From the human T2T-CHM13v2.0 reference genome, Homo sapiens: a DNA stretch of 64,000 nucleotides. Position numbers and translations under genes: made by a program. Below, piece by piece: positions 42,958-56,170 of the stretch. The stretch lies in NCBI RefSeq assembly GCF_009914755.1, contig NC_060930.1; one strand, 5' to 3'. The notes beneath the pieces were generated by a model, which saw only the letters and a program-made list of their open reading frames with translations, was not told the DNA's origin and made no database searches. Each line of letters opens with the position of its first letter. Positions within the stretch are counted from its first letter, which is position 1.

Positions 42958-45247
42958 TGTATTAGTCTGTTTTCATGCTGCCGATAAAGACATACCCGAG
43001 ACTGGGAAGAAAAATAGGTTTAATGGAATTACAGTTCCACGTGGCTGGGGAAACCTCACAATCATGACAGAAGGCAAGCAGGACAAGTCATATCTTACAT
43101 GGATGGCAACAGGAAAAGAGAGAGAACTTGTGAGAGGAAACTCCCATTTTTAAAAGCACCAGATCTCATGAGACATATTCACTATCATGAGAATAGCATG
43201 GGAAAGACCCACCCTCATGATTCGTTTACCTCCCACTGGGTCCCTCCCACAACATGTGGGAATTGTGGGAGTTACAATTAAAGATGAGATTTGAGTGAGG
43301 ACAAAGCCAATCCATATCATTCCACTCCTGGTCCCTCCCAAATCTCATGTCCTCATATTTCAAAACCAATCATGCCTTCCCAACCATCCCACAAAGTCTT
43401 AGCTCATTTCAGCCTTAACTCAAAAGGCCAAAGTCCAAAGCCTCATCTGAGATAAGGCAAGTCCCTTCCACCTATGAACCAGTAAAATCAAAAGCAAGTT
43501 AATTACTTTCTAGATGAAATGGGGGCACAGACATTGGATAAACACACTCATTGCAAATGGGAGAAACTGACCAAAACAAAGGGCTAAAGGCCCATGCAAG
43601 TCCAAAATCATTGGGGCAGTCAAGTCTTAAAGTTCCAAAATGATCTCCTTTGACTCCATGACTCACATCCAGGTCATGCCAATGCAAGAAGTGGGTTCCC
43701 ATGGTCTTGGGCAGCTCCACCCATGTGGCTTTGCAGGGAATAGCCCCTCTCCTGGCTGCTTTCATGGGCTGGCATTGTCTACGGCTTTTCCAGGTGCACA
43801 GTGCAAGCTGTCAGTGGATTCACCATTCTGGGGTCTGGAGGACGGTGACCCTCTTCTCACAGCTCCACTAGGCAGTGCTTCGGTAGGGACTCTGTGTGGG
43901 GGCTCTGACCCCACATTTCCCTTCTGCACTGCCCTGGCAGAGGTTCTCCATGAGGCCTTTGTCCCTGCAGCAAACTTCTTCTGCCTGGGCATATCCAGGC
44001 ATTTCCGTACATCCTCTGAAATCTAGGCAGAGGTTCCAAACCTCAATTCTCAACTTCTGTGCACCTGCAGGCTCAGCACCACATGGAAGCTGCCAAGCCT
44101 TGGGGCTTGCACTCTCTGAAGCAATGGCTCAAACTGTACCTTGGCCCCTTTTAGCCATGGCTGGAGTGGCTGGGACGCAAGGCACCAAGTCCTTAGGCTG
44201 CACAGAGCAAGGGGGCCTTGGGCCCAGACCATGAAACCATTTTTTCCTTCTAGGCCTCCAGGTCTGTGACAGGAGGAGCTGCTGTGAAGACCTCTGACAT
44301 GCCCTGCAGACATTTTCCCCATTGTCTTGGGGATTAATATTCAGCTCCTCATTACTTATCCAAATTTTTGCAGCCAGCTTAAATTTCTCCTCAGAAAATA
44401 GGATTTTCTTTTCTATCACATTATCAGGCTGCAAATTTTCCAACCTTTTATGCTCTGCTTCCCTTATAAAACTGAATGCCTTTAACAGCACCCAAGTCAC
44501 CTCTTGAATGCTTTGCTGCTTAGAAACTTCTTCCACCAGATACCCTAAATCATCTCTCTCAAGTTCAAAGTTCCACAAATCTTTAGGGCAGGGGCAAAAT
44601 GCCACCAGTCTCTTTGCTAAAACATAACGAGTCACTTTAGCTCCAATTCCCAACAAGTTCCTCATCTCCATCTGAGACCAGCTCAGCCTGGATTTCATTG
44701 TCCATATCATTATCAGCATTTTGGTCAAAGCCATTCTTCAAGTTTCTAGGAAGTTCCAAACTTTCCCACATTTTCCTGTCTTCTTCTGAGCCCTCCAAAC
44801 TTTTCCAACTTCTGCCTGCTACCCAGTTCCAAAGTCGCTTACACATTTTTGGGTATCTTTTCAGCAGCATCTCACTCTACTGGTACCAATTTACTGTATT
44901 AGTCCATTTTCTTGCTACTGATAAAGATATATGAGACTGGGAAGAAAAATAGGTTTGATGGAGTTACAGTTCCATGTTGCTGGGGAAGCCTCACAATCAT
45001 GGTGGAAAGCAAGGAGAAGCAAGTCACATCTCACATGGATGGCAGCAGGCAAAGAGAGGATCCCATGCAGGGAAACCCGTTTTTAAAACCATCAGATCTC
45101 ATGAGACTTATTCACTATCATGAGAATAGCATGGGAAAGACCTGCCCCCATGATTCAATTACTTCCCAGCAGGTCCCTCTCACACGTAGGAACTGTAGAA
45201 TTAAAATTCAAGATGAGATTTGGTGGGAACACAGCCAAACCATATCA
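42958..45247 (-). mobile_element. Full-length THE1 (THE1A/B) provirus: 3' LTR 42958-43319, internal region, 5' LTR 44895-45247; inserted in an L2
   Basis: Two LTRs (tgtattagtc...catatca on plus); 5-bp TSD CCTTC at 42953-42957 and 45248-45252; antisense L2 3' end continues on both sides. Confidence 0.95.
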
Positions 45248-45252
45248 CCTTC

Positions 45253-45680
45253 TGTTTGTAAGGCCCTCAGCTAGGAATAGAGATGCAAAGCCACATAAGA
45301 TATGGTTTCTACCTAGATGACCTCATAATTATAGTATATAGATACCAGCAAATAGATAATGGCAGTGCAGTGTGATTATACTGTAAAATGATATGACTTT
45401 AAAATAAATGAAATCCAAACTGGGAATATAGATAAAAGATGATTATCTGTTGGAGATGGTCTAGGTAAAAAGCAGATGAGATCAGAATTGGATCTTCACC
45501 AATGAACAAAGAAGTTAGGGGAGAACATTCTAGGCAAAAGAAATAGCATATGTAAAGGCTCACAGACATTGAAGGATATGAAGTGTTTGGGAAATAGTGA
45601 GTAATACAATGCAGCAGAAATGTAGAGTGCAAAGTGATGGAATAAGAGAAGGTGGATGATTAAGGAAATTCAGGTCAAAT
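45253..45680 (-). mobile_element. L2 3' region (continuation from about 42905-42957)
   Basis: gaacattctaggcaaaagaaatagcatatgtaaaggctcacag. Confidence 0.7.
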
Positions 45681-46567
45681 AACCTATTTGGTGAGAAGTC
45701 CTAACTGTTGTAGAAGTATCAAAATATTAAGAAGAAATGAATACGGTAAAAAATCATAACAAATGTGTTAGTGTGTGAATTATCACAACTATTACCTTCT
45801 CATTTTCTTTGATTTTGGACTCTTGCAATGTGTCAGTAAAGCTACTGTACTGCTACTTGTCTATGTTTATTACCTTATCAACCTCATTCTGTTAAGTTCA
45901 TTTAATTATACTTACTGTTGTTCAACTTGAAGCATACAAACCCTTTAATTCACATATATACCCCCAACTATATGAGAGGCACTGTTATCTGCAAAGCAAT
46001 TTAACTTTTTTTAAAGATTGATTTGAACCAACGGTATGAAGCTGGCTCCTTAGAACAATGGAAAATAATTGGTTTAAGGTGATTCAAAAATACTCCCTTC
46101 CCAAAGTCATGGAAGTAGTGACACATTCCTTGAGTAGCAGACTACTTATGATCATGTGTGCTTTACTGTGCTGAAGAACATCTCTTTAAGATGTTTGGAG
46201 AAGAATTATGAGAAGAACCACTTAAAAGTGATTCTATGCCTAAAGCCTCCCCTCCTCTGAAACTTATCCATTTGTCCATGTGTCTGGCATAGTTACTAGA
46301 TGATGAAAGAAAAAAGAAAAAAAAGAAATTACCTGTGAAACTTTCAAGCATGAAATAACCTTCCAGAATCAAGCCTACACATTACCTGGCATGAGTATTC
46401 AGTAAATGCTTGTTGAATGAATGACACATTGATAACGTCAGCTTCAATTTCTCCAAATATAAAATGAGAAGCTAAATGATCATTAGAGTTCCTACCGATC
46501 TTAAGATTCAGATAGTTTTTTCCCCACAAGACAATACAAAAGCATAAAAATGTACACATCAGTACAA

Positions 46568-46573
46568 TTTATT
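46568..46573 (-). terminator. Distal poly(A) signal AATAAA of FBXO30
   Basis: Plus-strand tttatt at 46568-46573, followed on the minus strand by TTTTTATGCTTTTGTATTGT (U/GU-rich downstream element). Confidence 0.65.
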
Positions 46574-47009
46574 TAGTCTTACTCTAATACAACAAGTTGC
46601 ATTTGTTCTTTAAAAGAAACAAAGTATAAAACTATAAAAAAAAACCTTGAAAATTATACAAATTTTTTTCAAAGCATGGTTTTAAAAACACATCTTTAAA
46701 AAGCGTGATTGGGATGTGCCACAAGGAATCATAATAAATTTCAAAAGATAAAAAATAAACATTGACACAGAAGTCAATCACTCAGTCACAGAAGTTTTAA
46801 ATATAAGGAAATTTTGATGAATTACAGCTTTATTTCTGCTGCTGTCAGGAGTACTTCTATGATGGGATTCACAAATTTTACTAGAACTTTAAGCTGAATA
46901 GATTTGTCATGTTACTAATGCTATAAATTAATTCTAAACCACGGTTTGGGCATTTCACAAACGTTGAGAACACTAGTTTTTGGCTTTGGTAATGATTGCA
47001 AATATCAAA

Positions 47010-47295
47010 TTCTTTTCTTTTTAATTGTAATAAAATACACATCAAATACACCATTTTAAAGTATACAATTCACTGGCATTTTGGCACATTCACAATGTGC
47101 AACTATCCCCACTATCTTGTTCTACAATATTTTCATCAATCCAAAAGAAAACCCCATACCCATGAAGCAGTCACTCCCATTCCCCCAGCAACCATGAATC
47201 TGATTTATCTCTATGAATTTACCTATTCTGCATATTTCATATAAATGAAATCATATAATATGTAGCCTTTTGTGTCTAGCTTCATTCACTTAGGT
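47010..47295 (-). mobile_element. L1MB-like 3' end within the long FBXO30 3' UTR
   Basis: caccattttaaagtatacaattc...aaaaccccatacccat...atttcatataaatgaaatcat. Confidence 0.8.
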
Positions 47296-50200
47296 TTTTT
47301 ATCCTCCAAAGAATATCACATCTTTCTGCATTTAAGGTAACAACATTTATGTAAATCATGAGAAAAGGAAGCTAAATGACATCTTAGGTAAGCCAATCGG
47401 CGCAATGACCTTTCAGAATGCAGTTAAAGTTTTCAATACTGAGTAGTATTCAAACATTGATCAAATGAACAATACTACTTTAACATTTTAAGTGCAAATA
47501 AAAATCTTTAGAATTCATCTCCACTGAATTATTAGCCATTCAGAGTAAGTTATTTCATATGACATGGCTGTCATGACAAAGCTATTGGAATGTTGTAGGG
47601 ACCAATACTGTTCTCTCCATATTTTATTTAAAATACAGATTTTTTAAAAAGTCATCAATTGATATAAAAGACATCCAGTTGACATAATCATTCATTGGGT
47701 AATTTTACTCTTGAGCAGACACAGTGCCCATTATTTCCATGGTTTGATTTATTTCAATCAAATAACACGGTTAAACCTGAATGCTGATACTTGTTAGATT
47801 CAGCAATACTTGCTGATTTTTGAAGAAAAAAATGAAAAAAAATTTGTTTCTTCATGGGTGAGCTGAGAGAGACTTTAAAACAAGCATGATAAGTTACTTA
47901 AATCTAAAATTACTGACGAAAATGACTAAATTCAGGGTCACCTCACCAGAAAATTAATGTCATGGGATAAAGAAGCAATAATGACAATATGGAAAAGAAG
48001 ATTTCAACACAAAAAAAAATTCTAGGACAGCAGAATGCAGGACCCCTTTTTTTCAATTTCAATCTTTTGAATATTAACAAATTGTTACTGTTCTTATGTC
48101 ATCAGACTTTAAAACTACTAAATACTAATATAACAATGTTACTTTTTGACTGGAAGGGGTATTAAAAAGCTGTCTAACTCTAGTCAGTCTCTCTGTCAAA
48201 GAATAAACAAATAGATCAACCTATTTGCCTCACATCTGAGAAACAAAATTTCTAAAAATTTATATTAGAAAAGGGTAGAAATTAAATCTGATGAATTTGC
48301 CTTTGTTAGGAGCAACTGACCTAATTTATTGGTCTTAAGAGCAATTTGACCTGATTAATTGGTCTTAAGAGTTCAACACAAATGCAGTTTTGTTACTTTC
48401 AAATACACGAAGAACTATTAACCACCACAAGAACTAGCTACATATTGAAGAACCATTCCCTAGTATTTGCATGCAAATGGGTTAATAAAATGATTTTGGA
48501 GATGCTTAAATTTTTACCCAGTATTTGCCTTATGTTGTCAGTTCACTTCAAAAATGTTTTCTTCATAGTAAAAGACAGATGCTTCCGTCCAGCTTATCAA
48601 AAAGATTGAAAATTATTTTTAAAAAAGGACTTTGCATCAATGAATTTTTATTATATTTCTATAGAGCATGTTCATGAATATTCCTTATAACCCATTTCTT
48701 TGTAGTTTATTAATGAAAAGTCACTCTCCACATAATACATTGAAATATAAAACAATCTGAATACAAAATGCCAGTTTTGAAATGTGCTAAGGTAACAAAG
48801 CACCTCAAGATGTATCGCCATTAATACATCTCAAGGTGTACTGGCCAATTATGAAGATTATATATGTCAAATAAACATGTATAAGCAATTTATTTAAAAA
48901 AGTTTAATCATAGATGCAATAACCTACTTGTAAAATTCAGCAAGAGGCCCTCATTTCGCAAAGATTTTCAGAGCAACATATCACACTTGGTTAGTTAGTT
49001 TCCTTTTGGTATTGCTCCAAAATGCTTTCCAAAGCAGTAGGAATCAAATATCCTAGGCAACATTTTCCAAATTTCCTTACATCTAAACATCTCTTTTCTT
49101 CCTGCATTCGTAAAGTGAAAAAGTGATCTATGTAAGGACATAATTCTCTCTCAAATATCCCAGTACACTAATCACTGCCTAAATTTTGAGTACCTATTTT
49201 CTCATCCATAAAATTCAAATTTGAAAGGTTTTATCTCTTGATCTCACTTTAATCTTTTAAATAAAGGGAAATAATTATGTAAAAGATGACTTCAAAAGCA
49301 AACCATCTTTCCTTTTCCCTTATTTAGAAAGGACTTCATTAGAGTTGATCTTTTCTGAATTCGAACTTTGCTTTTTTGGAAATCAGACAAATCCTGTCAA
49401 ACCCCATTATTAAATTATCTTAAACACCATCAAACAAGTCACTGATGAGTTGATAAAGGTATAACTAATATTCTCTGCTTCCTAGACCTTATGAGCATCT
49501 TAAGTAAGACTACTTAACAGCAACGTTTAGATAACCAGTCAAACACCTATCAGAGAAATTCTTTCCATCAAAAGTCTGTCCAGAGAATGAGGGCCAATTG
49601 CTTTCTCTCTACTGCACTTCTAAACAACCAACTCTGCAAGCTCCAATCACATCACCAATGTGGCATGTCATGCATGAAACAAACACATTTTAAAATATTT
49701 GAATAACTTTTCCTTAGGAAATTTTAAAATTAATAAACCCCATGTCTTTTCAGGTTGGGATGCAAAACATGAAGAAATCTGTTTTGCTTCCAAACACCTA
49801 AAACTAGTCAAATCTCCACAGGCAAAACTGTTATCGATATAGTAATATAAACTACCATATCTTCAAGGGATATGGAAGTTTTGCTGAAAATCCTATTATC
49901 AGCAACATTACTAAGATCCCAACATCCAGTGTTAAAGGACAGATATTAATAGCAACAACATTGATGAGATAGGCAGCACAGAGTCAAAGATCAAAAAAGA
50001 TTCTATACTACTTGTAAACAAGAGATCCAATCTTTCATAACATCTTATTGATAGGGTTGAAAAGATCCCTAAAAATATTTTTTGTAGGATTTAATCCAAT
50101 ATTTGTCTACTTCTACTCTTTGATTACCCTACAATTTGAGTATGTTCACGACTCTACAACCACTAAACAAGAGAATGAGATGACTAGGCTAAATGTTACT

Positions 50201-50499
50201 GCTAATGAACTAAAATTTGCACTGCAATTTACCTTGAACAGAAGAAACACTAGTAAAATTTTAGTAAAATTTTAAATACTAGTAAATACTAATTTAAAGA
50301 ATACAAGTCCAACAACTACAGTACCCAGTGTATTTTGTCATATGGCTGTAAAATTGAGACAACATATATAGTTTAACCATTAATAAATTACCATTACTGA
50401 CTTTTGGATTACACATATATTTATACAAACACACACAGGTACACACATATATCCACTCCAGTAATGCACCAGAGGGTAGCTGGCATGACCCAGTCTTCC

Positions 50500-50686
50500 C
50501 TCTAAGTTCTAATACTTTACTGTGCGTTAGAATCACCTAGAGATCTTGTTAAAACAGATTGTTGGGTCCCACCCCAGAGTTCCTGATTCACTAAGTCTGG
50601 AGAGAAGCCTAATAATCTGCATTTCTAACAAATTCCTAGGTGTTGATGTTCCTGCTGGTCCAAGGACCACACTTTAGGAACCACTG
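50500..50686. mobile_element. MER5A within the long 3' UTR
   Basis: ttagaatcacctagagatcttgttaaaa...ctgcatttctaacaa...gaccacactttaggaaccactg. Confidence 0.85.
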
Positions 50687-51207
50687 CTGTAAGATCTGTG
50701 AGTCTCAAAATCTAGAAAAAAGAGTGAGAGAGGGAGAAGGGAAAGGGAGAGGGAGAAAGATTAAGCTAACAGGCAGTATTGAGGAAGGAGGCAGAGGACA
50801 AAAGTGAATTCAAATACTTCCCTCCATCCCGATGCTTGCCTTTTACCTTGCTATTTAGCAAAGACTAAGGAATCAATGATGACTTCTCAAAGTACAAACT
50901 ATTAGGCCAACATAAAAACCTTTTCATACTTAAGAGGAGAGAGAGATGGTTTCCATGACAACTTTTAGAGCTATAACCATGCTAGAAACTCTTCCGCCTT
51001 TCAGTGCACCTAGGTGGTATTACTTTCGAGACACTGAAGGATCAGAGAAAGCTAACTAATGCGTGTCTCAAATTTTAAAAAAATTAAGGTTCACTAGTAA
51101 AACATGGGTGAGTAATGATGATAATCAACAACTACCATAACATGCAGAAAATCCACATTACAGAAACAATATGATTGTGTTGGAATTTGTCAAACAAGTA
51201 TTAAAAT

Positions 51208-51213
51208 TTTATT
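51208..51213 (-). terminator. Candidate proximal poly(A) signal AATAAA (about 2.0 kb UTR)
   Basis: Plus-strand tttatt at 51208-51213 with GU-rich sequence downstream on minus. Fits my recollection of a shorter annotated FBXO30 3' end; other AATAAA hexamers also occur in the UTR. Confidence 0.5.
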
Positions 51214-53156
51214 TAAATGAACGTTTTTAAGTTATTGAGCCATGTTAAGGGAAAACATTAATTTTATTAGAACTTGAACAAATGTTTCACAAAGAAAACA
51301 TTTTAACAAAATGGTATGGTGGCATAACAATAACAAAAAAGAGAACAGCAAAATGTGTAAAAGAAATATAAGGTGGAAAAATTGTTAAGTATCTCATAAT
51401 CCAGTGTGGAAATAAGAAGTCTAAATTTAAAAACAATGAATTTTAAAAAGCATAACTATAAAACAAAAGTTAATGCTTGTGCTATCCTAACCACAGACAC
51501 ATTCTTCAGCAAAACTTTAAAAGGCAGAGTTACATTTTATGGTATTTAATATCTCTTTTCTGTTGTTTTTTCCACAGAAATAGAGACTGTTTATTCAATC
51601 TCACAGTTGAAAAAGAAATTTTAAGCACTGAGAAATAAGTATTCTACTATTTAAAATGACTGGTGAGGCAAAACAATTGATTAGTCTTTAATGCTCTGTT
51701 TTTCAACTGTACTAAGGACTTCATCCAACCAAAACAAATCTTAAGCTTCAGAACTCTCTAATGCTTAAGGAACGCCTCTGCCTGATTGCCATATAAGGGA
51801 ATCAAGAACCTAGTAATCGTGGAGTACTCTCAGGGACAAATGTAGGAAGAGAGGACACAACAGAGTTTTCACAATTTTAACAAGTAATCTGTCACCATTT
51901 CAGACTACCAAATGCTAATTTACTTAAGACAAATTATTTAAGTATATATTCCCACCTTTGCAATTTATTTCTAAATACTGATATATTCATTTTTTAAGCA
52001 GACCACATCAGGTTAATAATGGTATAAATCAATTTGAAAACTATAATAAACTACTTCAAGAATAGGTATATTTTTCCATTATACCTTGATCATTATGTAA
52101 AGATGCAATTCTTACTTTCTTGGTGGTGAAGCCTATGGGAAATTAACTCGGAAATGTTTCAAAGAGATTGTCAACCAAGACAGGTTTCTACATGATTGTC
52201 ATTTTACAAAGATAACAAATTTCACGTTTTTAAATGTCTTAAAACAACATAGTTGTAATGTTTATAAACATCAAAGGCAAACATTTAATAGTCAAGCCCT
52301 TTGCATTCTGAATATTTGAAATTTACACAATACGCCCAATTCAAACCTAAATGAGGTATATTTTCTTTTAAAACATTAGATAACTAGCAAATATATAATA
52401 CCAGGAGCAGTTTCAAATTAAATTATATTCACAGGCTTGCTTTTTGTTTGTTTTTGCTTTGTCCTGTCATATAACACACTGCGATGAGTCTTCGGATGTG
52501 GCATCTAACAAAAAAGAAAGCTGCACATGGTCACTCTGTGTGTTGAGTTGTAAGTATGTGAGATAAAAACATCTTTGTGGATTATTTTTAAAACGATAAA
52601 CTGCATTACCAAACTTTATGATTTTACGTATGTAAGTATATATTAGAGATCATTTGTGCATTAACAATTGTATAGGGAAGCACTAAAAGACAAAAACATT
52701 ATAATGATATTATGGCAGTGCTTAACAAATTCAGAATATTTTTATATGAAAAACCTATGCTGTAAAAAATCTCAATCAAAATTTTGCTTTTTGATTGCAT
52801 GGGTCGCAACCCACAGAAAACAACAAATAAATTGGTCAGGATTTTTTTAGTTTAAGAAGCAAAAATTTAAGAACCAAAATATGCACACCACTGAAAATAC
52901 TAATTCTTAAAATTATGTAGCTAAAAATTAAATCACCCTGTCCAGCAAGTTCCAAAAATTTCACACATTTCAAACATTAAGGCAACTTTTTCCAACTAAA
53001 CAGTACTTTATAAAAATAGATGTCACTTCAAAACATTATATACACAGTGACAATAAATTTAGCTAGTTGTAATATTTAATACATTAATAAAGTTTCACAT
53101 ATTACAAAGAAATTATACTAGGTGCTTGCATATATGTGCTAGTAATATTACAACTT

Positions 53157-53360
53157 TTAAAGTACAGGTTTTAAAACTGAGCGTAGTGAACGTCCTTCTT
53201 TAGTGAGTTCTCGTGTCACACACATACATGGCAAAGGGATTGCTTCCTCCCGTTTCTCGACAACATTGTAACTGCATTTCTTCAAGTGGTCTGCCATGCT
53301 TAGGATGTCAGCAAATTTCCATTCATTAACAGAACAAAATGCAGTACTAAATCGCCATAC
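53157..53360 (-). CDS. FBXO30: FBXO30 last coding exon (codons 679-745 plus TAA)
   Basis: Acceptor TTTCTTGTAG|GTATGG at 53361/53360. Reads VWRFSTAFCSVNEWKFADILSMADHLKKCSYNVVEKREEAIPLPCMCVTRELTKEGRSLRSVLKPVL*. 204 nt, joins exon 2 in frame to give 745 aa. Confidence 0.97.
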   Translation of the reverse strand, partial: VWRFSTAFCSVNEWKFADILSMADHLKKCSYNVVEKREEAIPLPCMCVTRELTKEGRSLRSVLKPVL

Positions 53361-54337
53361 CTACAAGAAAATTCTACTTTAGATTTAAACAAGTCAATGT
53401 GTAGAGAATCAAAACACACTTTTTGCTCCTACTGCATACATTTCTGCTATTATAGAAGCATCCAATATAAAGTTTCAAATAGCTATAAAATTAAAAATTG
53501 GTAAATCCTTTTGGACATAAATATATGTCAAATATTTACAAGGTAAATCACTTCTATGACATTATGACTTCAATAAATCTAAAAACAATAAAAGACAAAA
53601 CTCAGTATTAAAAATCACACCCAATCTGGCTTACTAAATGATTTTTAAAAAATCAAAACTGCACAAATTCAGAGCCATTTCCTAAAATATTATATACTAC
53701 ACACTATTCTTTCATACTCTCCAATTGGCTATCTAGAACTAATTACACTCTGGAGATACTGACAATGCAAGTGTTATTTTTTTTCTCCAAGTTTTTCTCT
53801 CCCATTCCTATTTATAATATCAGTACTAAAAAATACCCTAGAATATTGTGTGCCAAGGTAAGTTTCTTTTTCCGCTGTTCACAAGTACTAAAGGTACTTA
53901 GTGATATTCAAGTACTTCAATTTGTTCAAAATGGCTCTGAAATTTTATATAAAAATAATATTTGTAAAGTGGATCCTATTTTAGTCCATATCATTGTAAA
54001 ACATGTTTCTAGGCAAAATACTTACCTGCCATCCCTATTCATGTCTGTAGGTAAAAATATTAGCTACTTCCCTTTTTGTCCACCCAACTGCTCTAAGCCC
54101 TGAAGCACTGTCAAATTATTAGTCCAGCAAAAGACTGTGCCCCAAGCCCCTCATCTTTACAAATGAAACATAAAGCTACCTGAACATAAGTAACAAGCAT
54201 GAATGCAGAGCAGGACAGACCTAGATAACAAGCATGAATGGGGTAGGACAGGCCTAGCCATGCCTGCTAAGTTTATCAACAGGCAAATGTCTAATTAGGG
54301 AACAATTTACACACGTTGAACTGCAGATGCTTTAGAA

Positions 54338-54581
54338 CAAGCTTGTCTAACCTGGGGCCCGTAGGCAGCATGTGGCCCAGGACGGCTCTGAATGCAGTCC
54401 AACACAAATTCGTCAACTTTCTTAAAACGTTATGAGATTTTGTGTGTGTGTGTGTGTATGTGTGCGTGTGTGTGTGTGTTTTTTAGCTCATCAGTTATCG
54501 TTAGTGTATTTTATGTGTGGCCCAAGACAATTCTTTTTCTACCAATGTGGCCCAGGGAAGCCAAGAGATTGGACACCCCTG
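54338..54581 (-). mobile_element. MER30 hAT MITE with internal (TG)n, FBXO30 intron 2
   Basis: caagcttgtctaacc...ttggacacccctg; 8-bp TSD CTTTAGAA at 54330-54337 and 54582-54589. Confidence 0.9.
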
Positions 54582-55039
54582 CTTTAGAAAGTGGCAGATT
54601 TAAGAAAAACCCTCAGCATTTATTGCTTCTCAGGAAAGCATGGTAATGTCTTCTCAGGGTGGCTAGATGTGGGAAAACAATTATTTGTCAACTAGCAATA
54701 GAAAGTCCCCATTGTTCAGCACAACGGTACCCCCTATACTCCTTAGGATTATGATCAATTACCCTTTATGGAGTGATTTTCCAGGAGTCAGTGAAGGCCT
54801 AGTGATAGTATAGATGTCACTAGCCTCCCTTACCATTCCCCATGCTCACAAAGCTACAAAAGGAATTAGGAGTTTTCTTTAAGCTTGGGCAGGTGAATTA
54901 GCTGAAAGATTCAATGGAGACAGGCAGTCTCTCTACTTCCATACAACTGAGAGTCTGGTGAAACAAACTCAGGAAAAGCAGGCAAAAGAAAATGTATGAC
55001 TCCCACCTGCTGATGACAAGGTTTCTTAGTAATGGATCC

Positions 55040-56170
55040 ATCTTTCACTCAAGTATGCATCAAATATTTACTCAGTGCCTACTACATAGTAGGTACTATG
55101 CAAGGCAGTATTTTGGTTCCCTGAGAGTCCCACTTCTCAAGGAATTTACAGTCTAGTGACTGAAACTGACAATTGATCAATCAATTTCAAAACAGTTCAG
55201 TGAGTGCTTTAGTAGAGGTTTATCACCACAGGAACACAAAGCAGTGCAACAACTTGTCAGGTTATGGGTCCCAAGAAGCTATCTTCAGGAGGTAAAACCT
55301 GAAGAGTAAGCGGGACATAGCAAGAAAGATGAAGATCACAAGATCGAGAAACCGGCTTCCTAAGTCAATTAGTTGGCCAGCTTAATTAACCTCTGTTTCT
55401 TTGTCTGTAAAATGGGTACAGTGGATTATATAAGTTCATACAAGCAAAGTACTAATGCACACTGAGTAGCATATTGCAGGTGCTCAAGTGTGAGAATTAG
55501 GGATGGCATATTTTAAAGACTTAACGCAAGAAAAAACATCAGGGAACTGTAAGTAAATCAATGCGGTTACAGTATAAAATGATAGGAGGAAAGTGAAAAG
55601 ATAAAGATGAGATTATGAAAAGTCTCAAATGTTTTATTAAGGAGCTGGGCTCTATCCAGGGGTGATGAACAAATATTAAGGAAGTTTTTAAGCACTGTGG
55701 TGACAGTGTAAGAATTGTATTTAAGAAAATATATATCACATTAGCTCTTGTGTAGAGAATATATTGGAGAAGGGCCCAAATGGAAGTAGGAACCCAGTTA
55801 GAAGGAAGCTGTTGTTGTAGTCCAGGAGACAACTACAGTTGGGACTGAACTTGGGAAATGGCAGTGGAAACAGAAAAGCAAACCTGAGAGGTTTCAGGAC
55901 TTCATGATTATCTGAATAAAAATAAAGGGGGGAGAAAAAGCAGCCAACATAACTCCTAAATTCCTGGTTTAGGAAACTTGGTGATGATGGTGCCACTTTC
56001 TCAGACTAAGAGGGGGAGGACTGGAGTAGGTTGGATATGTTGAGTTTGAGAAAGCTATAGGATAATCAAGTGGAAATGTCCAGTAGATGCTTGTATATAG
56101 TGGTTGGGAGTTCAGTGGAGCAAATGGCTAGGATACAGATGTGTGAGTAATCTATATAAATGATGGCGAG
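55040..56170 (-). mobile_element. L2 with an embedded MIR (about 55370-55490)
   Basis: caaatatttactcagtgcctactac...ggatatgttgagtttgag...aagtggaaatgtccagtag; MIR core aacctctgtttcttgtctgtaaaatggg. Confidence 0.75.

Larger units (their letters stand above)
46550..53156 (-). other. FBXO30: FBXO30 3' UTR (long form about 6.6 kb)
   Basis: AU-rich, almost repeat-free stretch from the stop codon to an AATAAA followed by a U/GU-rich tract. The end point is inferred. Confidence 0.65.
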
